A DNA stretch of 64,000 nucleotides. Origin: an uncultured Acidobacteriota bacterium. Its GTDB lineage: Bacteria > Acidobacteriota > Vicinamibacteria > Vicinamibacterales > 2-12-FULL-66-21. Position 1 is the stretch's first letter, and each line of letters starts with the position of its first letter. The notes below the pieces were generated by a model. The model worked only from the letters and a program-made list of their open reading frames with translations. It did not search any database and was not told the origin of the DNA. Both the position numbers and the translations under genes were made by a program. This document shows, in pieces, positions 56,277 through 64,000 of this stretch. The stretch spans positions 298,709 through 362,708 of the forward strand of contig CAVVSF010000005.1 of assembly GCA_963750915.1 (NCBI GenBank). Direction: 5' to 3'.

Positions 56277-56666
56277 TTACGGTCGCTTCTGTTCCTTGAT
56301 TGCGCGGAGGGCCCGCAGCAGGCCATGAAGGAGCTGGCGCGTGCGTTCCAGCTTTCTGCTCACACTTTGAATCGCCGGCTCGTCGACCATTCGAAGGCGT
56401 TGCGCCACGTCGACTTGAGTCTCCAGCTCCGCGAGTGAACCGAGCGCAATCCGAACGTGCCGCCGATACATCTTCGGCAAGGTTCTGAAGGCGTGTCCTT
56501 CGGCAACGTTGCTTGGCACGGACACGACCGCGCGTCGCATCTGTGCCGACAGTTCGAACCGCTCAGTTGCCGGAAGCTCCTCGACCAGCTGATAGATGGA
56601 GACGACGAGTTCCATTCCCGCCTGCCAGGCGTCGAGGTCCCTGAAGCTGCGAATGCGCTCGTTCAT
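56277..56666 (-). CDS. Four-helix-bundle protein (23S rRNA intervening-sequence protein family)
   Basis: 129 aa. FRDLDAWQ...L...IY.....P..E.F.L..Q.RRA..S...NIAEG pattern (here SVPSNVAEG). Confidence 0.8.
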   Translation of the reverse strand: MNERIRSFRDLDAWQAGMELVVSIYQLVEELPATERFELSAQMRRAVVSVPSNVAEGHAFRTLPKMYRRHVRIALGSLAELETQVDVAQRLRMVDEPAIQSVSRKLERTRQLLHGLLRALRAIKEQKRP

Positions 56667-56783
56667 GTGCCGAGTACCTCACTTTCTGCAACAGCCAGAT
56701 CGGTGTGAGTGTGCGTTATCTGCCAACAACCGGCGGAACCGCAGGATCTGAGCGTGTGCCCTGATCTCCGTCGCAACGAAGAG

Positions 56784-56847
56784 GCCATGCGGACAACGGC
56801 CAACCGCACGACCGGCCAACCGGACAACCGGGCGACCGAATCACCCG
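56784..56847. repeat. Right inverted repeat flanking the four-helix-bundle gene
   Basis: GCCATGCGGACAACGGCCAACCGCACGACCGGCCAACCGGACAACCGGGCGACCGAATCACCCG. Its reverse complement aligns with the left repeat. Confidence 0.65.
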
Positions 56848-56870
56848 ACTGCGTAGTACCATCCTTGGTT

Positions 56871-58283
56871 ATGCCCGGCTCCACCCTTCTACAGAAAGTC
56901 TGGGACGCTCACACCGTCCGCAAGCTTCCCAACGGCCAGACCCAGCTGTTCGTCGGTCTGCACCTCGTGCATGAGGTGACGAGCCCGCAGGCGTTCGACA
57001 TGCTGCGGGCGCGCGGGTGGAAGGTGCGGTATCCGTCGCGGACGATCGCGACGGTCGACCACATCGTGCCGACGCGCGATCAGCGGCGGCCGTTCGTCGA
57101 CGTGATGGCGGAGGACATGCTGTCGGCGCTCGAGCGCAACTGCCGCGAGGCCGGCGTCACCCTGCTCAACCTCGACAGCGGCTCGCAGGGCATCGTCCAT
57201 GTAATCGGTCCCGAGCTCGGGCTGACCCAGCCGGGGATGACGATCGCCTGCGGCGACAGCCACACCTCGACGCATGGCGCGTTCGGCGCGGTCGCCTTCG
57301 GCATCGGGACGTCGCAGGTACGGGACGTCCTGGCGTCGCAGTGCCTGGCGCTCGAGCCGTTGAAGGTGCGGCGGATCCTCGTCACCGGCAGGCTCGCGGC
57401 GGGTGTTTACGCGAAGGACATCATCCTCGAGATCATCCGGCGGCTCGGCGTCAACGGCGGCGTCGGCTTCGCCTACGAGTACGCTGGCGACGCGATCGAG
57501 CACCTGTCGATGGACGAGCGGATGACGATCTGCAACATGTCGATCGAAGGCGGCGCTCGTGTCGGCTACGTCAACCCGGACAAGACGACGTTCGAGTACC
57601 TGCGCGGCCGCCGGTTCGCGCCCCAGGGCGACGACTTCGACCGCGCCGCGGCGTGGTGGGCGAGCATGGCCTCCGATCCGGGCACGAGCTACGACGACGA
57701 GGTGTCGCTCGACGCCGCCGCGATCCGGCCGACGGTGACCTGGGGGATCAATCCGGGGCAGTCGGTCTACGTCGACGAGCGGCTGCCGCGGCCGTCGGAG
57801 ATCGAGCCGGCGGGGCGCGAATCGCTGACCGAGGCGCTCGACTTCATGGGGTTCCACGGCGGCGATCCGATCAAGGGCACGCGCATCGACGTCGCGTTCG
57901 TCGGATCGTGCACGAACGCTCGGCTGTCGGACCTGCGCGAAGCGGCGCGGATCGTCCGCGGCCACCACGTCGCGCCGCACGTCAAGGCGCTGGTCGTGCC
58001 GGGATCGCAGGGCGTGCGGGCGGCGGCCGAACGCGAAGGGCTCGACCGCGTGTTCACTGACGCCGGTTTCGACTGGCGCGGCGCCGGCTGTTCGATGTGC
58101 CTGGCGATGAACCAGGATCGCCTCGAGGGCGAGCAGGTCTGCGCCTCGTCATCGAACCGCAATTTCAAGGGGCGGCAGGGCAGCCCAACGGGACGCACGC
58201 TGCTCATGAGCCCGGCGATGGTGGCGGCGGCGGCGCTGGCAGGGGAAGTCGTCGACGTGCGGGAGATGACCAATGGCCGTTGA
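56871..58283 (+). CDS. leuC: 3-isopropylmalate dehydratase large subunit
   Basis: LLQKVWDAH start, aconitase-family Cys ligand motifs ([15 protein letters not shown]). The internal ATG at 56871 gives the usual 470 aa. Confidence 0.95.
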   Translation: MPGSTLLQKVWDAHTVRKLPNGQTQLFVGLHLVHEVTSPQAFDMLRARGWKVRYPSRTIATVDHIVPTRDQRRPFVDVMAEDMLSALERNCREAGVTLLNLDSGSQGIVHVIGPELGLTQPGMTIACGDSHTSTHGAFGAVAFGIGTSQVRDVLASQCLALEPLKVRRILVTGRLAAGVYAKDIILEIIRRLGVNGGVGFAYEYAGDAIEHLSMDERMTICNMSIEGGARVGYVNPDKTTFEYLRGRRFAPQGDDFDRAAAWWASMASDPGTSYDDEVSLDAAAIRPTVTWGINPGQSVYVDERLPRPSEIEPAGRESLTEALDFMGFHGGDPIKGTRIDVAFVGSCTNARLSDLREAARIVRGHHVAPHVKALVVPGSQGVRAAAEREGLDRVFTDAGFDWRGAGCSMCLAMNQDRLEGEQVCASSSNRNFKGRQGSPTGRTLLMSPAMVAAAALAGEVVDVREMTNGR

Positions 58284-58887
58284 GCGGATTCGTCAGGTCT
58301 CGGGCACGGCGCTGCCGCTGCCGGGCGACAACATCGACACGGATCGCATCATCCCGGCGCGCTACCTGCGCTCGGTGTCGTTCGAAGGGCTGGAGCAGCA
58401 CCTGTTCGCCGACGATCGCGTCCAGGTCGACGCGCAGGCGCCGGGGACCCACCCGTTCTCGAACCCCGCTTACGACGGCGCCGCGATCCTGATCGTGAAC
58501 GCCAACTTCGGCTGCGGCTCCTCGCGCGAGCACGCACCGCAGGCCATCCGCCGCCGCGGCATCCGTGCCATCGTCGGCGAGTCGTACTCGGAGATTTTCT
58601 TCGGCAACTCGGTGGCGCTCGGGCTTCCGTGCGTGAGCGTGGCGCCGGAAACGGCCGACACGCTGATCGAGATGGTCACCGCCAACCCGGCGCTCGACGT
58701 TGCGATCGACATCGCCGCCGGCACGGTGACGGCCGGCGGCCGCAGCTTCCCCATGACGCTTCCGTCCGCGGCGCGCGATGGATTCCTCGACGGCGGCTGG
58801 GACGCGACCGGCCTGCTCCTCGACAAGTACGAAGAAGTCGAAGCCGTCGCCGCGGCGCTGCCCTACGTCAGCGGCCGCTGGTCGTAG
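58273..58887 (+). CDS. leuD: 3-isopropylmalate dehydratase small subunit
   Basis: [13 protein letters not shown] and [14 protein letters not shown] motifs. Overlaps the leuC stop. Confidence 0.92.
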   Translation: MAVERIRQVSGTALPLPGDNIDTDRIIPARYLRSVSFEGLEQHLFADDRVQVDAQAPGTHPFSNPAYDGAAILIVNANFGCGSSREHAPQAIRRRGIRAIVGESYSEIFFGNSVALGLPCVSVAPETADTLIEMVTANPALDVAIDIAAGTVTAGGRSFPMTLPSAARDGFLDGGWDATGLLLDKYEEVEAVAAALPYVSGRWS

Positions 58888-58897
58888 TCGCCCGTAG

Positions 58898-58917
58898 CGC
58901 GGAGCGTCAGCTCCGCG
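58898..58917. terminator. GC hairpin CGCGGAGC-GTCA-GCTCCGCG between convergent leuD and the lysR-type gene
   Basis: 8-bp perfect stem with a 4-nt loop. Preceded by CGTAG, like the hairpins at 1324 and 53831. Overlaps the LysR stop codon. Confidence 0.4.
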
Positions 58918-59812
58918 ACCCAGGCTCGGGTTCCGGGCGCACCGAGGCGCGGACGACGGAGAGGAAGGCTTCGGCGGCGTGCGACTGCTCGCCGCGGCGG
59001 AAGACGAGGCGCACCTGCCGTTTCGCGCTCAGGCCAGGGACCTTGATCGCCACCAGCTGACCGCGCGCGATCTCCGTCAGGGCGCAGCGGCGCGGCAGCA
59101 CGGCGACCCCCACACCCATTTCGACCGCGCGCTTGATGCCGTCGAGGCTCGGCAGCGCGACCTGGATATTGATCGGCGTATGCCGCCGCTCGTAGGCGCG
59201 GAGCACGCGATCGCGCGCCGGCGACGGATCGTTGTGGGCGATGACGGTCTGCTGCCCGACTTCCTCGATGGTGGCGCGGCGGCGGCCGGCGAGCGGATGC
59301 CCCGGGTGCGCCAGCATCACGAGCTCGTCGCCCCCGAGCGAGATCGACTGCAGGCCGCGGTCGACGGGCTGGAAGGTCAGGACGCCGAAATCCAGGTTGC
59401 GGGTGAGCAGCTCCGCGGCAATGGCCCGCGACCGGACCCGCCGAACCTCGACGATCGCCTGCGGATGGGCTTTGGCGAAGCTGTCGAGGAAGGGCAGCAG
59501 GCTGTGCACCGCCGCCTCGTTGGCGCCGATAATCACTCGACCGCGCCTGACCTGCTGCAGCTCCCTGACCGCCACTTCGGCGTCGGCGGCCAAGCTGAGG
59601 AGCCGGCTCGCATACTCCTGCAGCAGCCGCCCGGCCTCGGTCAGCGCGCCATTGCGGACCGAGCGGTCGAAGAGCCGATCCCCCAGCTCCTCCTCGAGCC
59701 GGCGGATGGCCTGGCTGACCGCGGGCTGGGTGCGGTGCAGCTTCTTTGCGGCGACCGAGAAACTGCGTTCGCTGGCAACCGTGACAAATGTGCCCAAATC
59801 CTGCAATTGCAC
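58907..59812 (-). CDS. LysR-family transcriptional regulator
   Basis: N-terminal HTH ([38 protein letters not shown]) and a LysR substrate-binding domain. Confidence 0.9.
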   Translation of the reverse strand: MQLQDLGTFVTVASERSFSVAAKKLHRTQPAVSQAIRRLEEELGDRLFDRSVRNGALTEAGRLLQEYASRLLSLAADAEVAVRELQQVRRGRVIIGANEAAVHSLLPFLDSFAKAHPQAIVEVRRVRSRAIAAELLTRNLDFGVLTFQPVDRGLQSISLGGDELVMLAHPGHPLAGRRRATIEEVGQQTVIAHNDPSPARDRVLRAYERRHTPINIQVALPSLDGIKRAVEMGVGVAVLPRRCALTEIARGQLVAIKVPGLSAKRQVRLVFRRGEQSHAAEAFLSVVRASVRPEPEPGSRS

Positions 59813-59901
59813 GGCAGGATTATAATGGGGAGTTATTTAAACCAAGTAAGTATAAATTGGACAGCATTTCGGCTCGGGGGTACAACGTACCGGGGCAACT
59901 T

Positions 59902-61152
59902 ATGACCACCAACCGGCTCACCATCTTCGACACGACCCTCCGCGACGGCGAACAGGCGCCCGGCTTCTCCCTGCGCATCGACGAGAAGCTCAAGATGGCC
60001 CGTCAGCTGTCGTCGCTGGGTGTCGACATCATCGAAGCCGGCTTTCCGATTGCCTCCGATGCCGACGCCGAGGCGGTCCGCGTCATCTCGTCGAGCGTCC
60101 ATGGACCGGTCATTGCCGCGCTCGCGCGCTGTCATCCCGCCGACATCGATCGCGCCGGCGAAGCGCTGCAGCCGGCGCCGCGGCGCCGTATCCACACGTT
60201 CATCGCCACCTCCGATCTCCATCTCGAGCGCAAGCTGCGGATGACGCGCGAAGCCTGCCTCGAGACTGCCGTGGCGGCAGTGCGTCAGGCCCGCATGTAC
60301 ACCGACGACGTCCAGTTCTCGGCCGAAGACGCGACGCGCAGCGACCTCGACTTCCTCTGCCGCGTCGTCGAAGCAGTGATCGAGGCGGGGTGCACGACCG
60401 TCAACCTGCCGGACACCGTCGGCTTCGCGGTGCCGCACGAGATGAGCGCGTTCTTTACCGCCATCCTGTCGCGGGTACCGAATGCCGACAAGGCGACGTT
60501 CAGCACACACTGCCACGACGACCTCGGCCTCGCGGTCGCAAACACGCTGGCGGCAGTGCAGGCCGGCGCCCGCCAGGTCGAGTGCACGGTCAACGGGGTC
60601 GGCGAGCGCGCCGGCAACGCGTCGCTCGAGGAGATTGTCATGGCGACGCGCGTGCGCAGCGATCTCCTGCCGTACGACACGGCGATCAACACCCGCGAGA
60701 TCTACCCGTCGAGCCAGATGTTCACGAACCTCACCGGCGAGGCGGTGCAGGCGAACAAGGCCATCGTCGGCCGCAACGCGTTCGCGCATGAAGCCGGCAT
60801 CCACCAGGACGGCATGCTGAAGGATCGGCGGACGTACGAGATCATGCGCCCGGAAGACGTCGGCGTGCCGCAGGCGACGCTGGTACTCGGCAAGCACTCC
60901 GGCCGCCACGCCGTGCAGCGCCGCTGCGAACAGCTCGGCATCACGCTCGAGCGGCAGCAGCTCGACCAGGTCTACCGCGCCGTCATCGCCCACGCCGACC
61001 GCGAGAAAACAGTCAGCGACCGCGACCTCACGACGATCGTCGATCGTGTCCGCGGCGGCGACACCCGGCGCCCGGCCCTGAGCGGCTCACCCGTCGCGGG
61101 CCACGACTTCACCAACACCCCGGCCGAGAGCGGCTACGGCCACGGGGTCTAG
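59902..61152 (+). CDS. leuA: 2-isopropylmalate synthase-family enzyme, short form lacking the C-terminal LeuA regulatory domain
   Basis: DTTLRDGEQ, the HxH motif ([13 protein letters not shown]) and GERAGNA. Only about 416 aa from the ATG at 59902. Confidence 0.82.
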   Translation: MTTNRLTIFDTTLRDGEQAPGFSLRIDEKLKMARQLSSLGVDIIEAGFPIASDADAEAVRVISSSVHGPVIAALARCHPADIDRAGEALQPAPRRRIHTFIATSDLHLERKLRMTREACLETAVAAVRQARMYTDDVQFSAEDATRSDLDFLCRVVEAVIEAGCTTVNLPDTVGFAVPHEMSAFFTAILSRVPNADKATFSTHCHDDLGLAVANTLAAVQAGARQVECTVNGVGERAGNASLEEIVMATRVRSDLLPYDTAINTREIYPSSQMFTNLTGEAVQANKAIVGRNAFAHEAGIHQDGMLKDRRTYEIMRPEDVGVPQATLVLGKHSGRHAVQRRCEQLGITLERQQLDQVYRAVIAHADREKTVSDRDLTTIVDRVRGGDTRRPALSGSPVAGHDFTNTPAESGYGHGV

Positions 61153-61187
61153 AGTTGCGCTCGGGCGCGGGCGCGGGCCCGTGCACC

Positions 61188-61220
61188 AACTTCGAAGTTC
61201 GAACTTCGAACTTCGAAGTT
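61188..61220. repeat. 33-nt near-perfect palindrome of TTCGAA-based heptamers in the leuA-leuB spacer
   Basis: AACTTCGAAGTTCGAA-C-TTCGAACTTCGAAGTT has perfect 16-nt arms. Confidence 0.8.
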
Positions 61221-61253
61221 TCTTCCTGAGCCCGACACGTTAAACATTCCGCC

Positions 61254-62312
61254 GTGACATCCAAAATCCTTCTCCTCCCTGGCGACGGCATTGGTCCGGA
61301 AGTCGTCGCCGCGGCATCGACGGTTCTTCGTGCGGTAGCAAGCCGCTTTGGCCATCACTTCGAATTGACCGAAGCCATCATCGGCGCCGCGGCGCTGCGG
61401 CAAGGGTTGCCGCCGCTGCCTGATGCGACCCTGGCGGCGGCGAGGTCCGCCGACGCGATCCTGCTCGGCGCTGTCGGCGATCCCGAGTTCGATCGCGGAC
61501 CATCGTCGGGGCGGCCGGAAGCGGCGCTGCTCGGAGTGAGGAAGGCGCTCGGGCTCTACGCCAACCTGAGGCCGGCGCGGACCTACAAGGGACTCGAAAC
61601 GGCGGGGCCGCTGAAGCCGGAGGTGCTGGCCGGCACCGACATGCTCGTCGTGCGCGAGCTGACGGGCGGGCTGTATTACGGCGAACCGCGAGGCATCGAG
61701 GCGGACGGCAGTGCCGCCTACAACACGATGCGCTACTCGAAGATGGAGATCGAGCGCATCGCGCGGCGTGCGTTCGAGGCGGCGCGCGGGCGCCGGCGGC
61801 GCGTGACCTCGGTCGACAAGGCCAACGTTCTCGAGACGTCCCGCCTGTGGCGTTCGGTCGTGACCGAAGTCGCAGCCGGCTACGCTGACGTCGCGCTCGA
61901 CCACATGCTCGTCGACAGCTGCGCCATGCGCATCGCGTTTGCCCCGGCCAGCTTCGACGTGATCGTCACCGAGAACATGTTCGGCGACATCCTCTCCGAC
62001 GAAGCCGGCGCCATCGTCGGCTCGCTTGGCCTGCTGCCGTCAGCCAGCCTTGGCGAGGGCACGGGCCTCTTCGAACCGGTGCACGGCTCGGCGCCGGACA
62101 TCGCCGGCCGCAACGTCGCCAACCCGCTGGGCGCAATCGCGTCAGCGGCGATGCTGCTGCGCCACGCGCTCAAGCTCGAGACCGAAGCCCGCGCTATCGA
62201 AACCGCTGTCGAACGCACGCTGCAGGATGGCGTCCGCACGGTCGATCTTGCGCAGGGCGGAGCGTCGGTCGGAACGCGCGAAATGGGTCAGGCGGTGGTG
62301 GGGAGGCTTTAG
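61254..62312 (+). CDS. leuB: 3-isopropylmalate dehydrogenase
   Basis: LLPGDGIGPEV, NLRP, DMLVVRELTGG.YYG and ENMFGDILSDE motifs. GTG start. Confidence 0.95.
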   Translation: MTSKILLLPGDGIGPEVVAAASTVLRAVASRFGHHFELTEAIIGAAALRQGLPPLPDATLAAARSADAILLGAVGDPEFDRGPSSGRPEAALLGVRKALGLYANLRPARTYKGLETAGPLKPEVLAGTDMLVVRELTGGLYYGEPRGIEADGSAAYNTMRYSKMEIERIARRAFEAARGRRRRVTSVDKANVLETSRLWRSVVTEVAAGYADVALDHMLVDSCAMRIAFAPASFDVIVTENMFGDILSDEAGAIVGSLGLLPSASLGEGTGLFEPVHGSAPDIAGRNVANPLGAIASAAMLLRHALKLETEARAIETAVERTLQDGVRTVDLAQGGASVGTREMGQAVVGRL

Positions 62313-62313
62313 G

Positions 62314-62407
62314 CAAGTTCGAAGGTCGAAGGTCGAAGTTCGAAGTGAAGTTCGAAGTTGAAGCTTCGAGGTTTACTTCGAAGTTCGACCTTCGGCCTTC
62401 GAACTTG
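62314..62407. repeat. Long heptamer-periodic hairpin (GTTCGAAG/GTCGAAG arms) filling the convergent leuB-glmS spacer; candidate bidirectional terminator
   Basis: CAAGTTCGAAGGTCGAAGGTCGAAGTTCGAAGT pairs with ACTTCGAAGTTCGACCTTCGGCCTTCGAACTTG. Arms are about 33 nt with few mismatches. The element spans stop codon to stop codon. Confidence 0.75.
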
Positions 62408-62408
62408 T

Positions 62409-64000
<1,592 letters not shown>

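Overview
High-GC (roughly two-thirds G+C by eye) bacterial chromosomal segment centred on the replication origin. The minus strand carries rpmH-rnpA-yidD-yidC-jag-mnmE-mnmG-rsmG-parA-parB, and the plus strand carries dnaA-dnaN-gyrB-gyrA. DnaA boxes lie upstream of dnaA, and DnaA boxes plus a sharply AT-rich stretch (candidate oriC/DUE) lie between dnaA and dnaN. Two parS sites lie upstream of parA. The rest is mostly housekeeping. It includes an F1 ATP synthase block atpHAGDC (no atpBEF) followed on the same strand by a PP2C phosphatase, a Wzm/Wzt ABC-2 polysaccharide exporter and an RfaE-type heptose adenylyltransferase. It also includes mfd, a SurA-like PPIase, a NusG paralog, dus, fabZ, ccdA, leuCD-lysR-leuA-leuB, uvrD/pcrA, glmS (partial), several signalling proteins and an Lrp regulator. 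No transposase, integrase, CRISPR array, rRNA or convincing tRNA was seen. Phylum cannot be established from sequence alone; an ADOP-type FtsX permease remnant and the repeat style weakly suggest Acidobacteriota (inference). Points the ORF track does not explain: (1) selD is truncated in the track because it contains an in-frame TGA at the catalytic Cys/Sec position, so it is probably a selenoprotein. (2) The 0.6-kb spacer between parB and selD holds five near-identical 103/104-bp tandem repeats plus a heptamer tail. (3) Long intergenic hairpins whose arms are 7-nt periodic repeats (GGCTCRG/CYGAGCC and TTCGAAS flavours) fill many spacers, including one abutting the wzt start codon. (4) A four-helix-bundle (23S-IVS type) gene is bracketed by about 65-bp inverted repeats made of 8-nt periodic units. 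(5) A second hairpin family, GGGGACAGTCAC, has two 41-nt identical copies. (6) A translationally coupled HTH protein plus a DHp-only mini-protein sit beside an orphan sigma-54 response regulator. That regulator is in turn coupled to an Arg/Asp/Gly/Pro-rich protein with 4 x 42-aa tandem repeats and to a Dabb protein. (7) Four genes, three of them conserved housekeeping genes (atpG, mnmG, yidC; also an EamA transporter), each carry an apparent single-base frameshift; assembly indels are the likeliest cause. Three short genes below the ORF-track cut-off were recovered by hand (rpmH, DUF1059-like, lmo0937-like). Functional statements come from motif recognition by eye. No searches were run. Hand-derived coordinates may be off by 1-2 nt.
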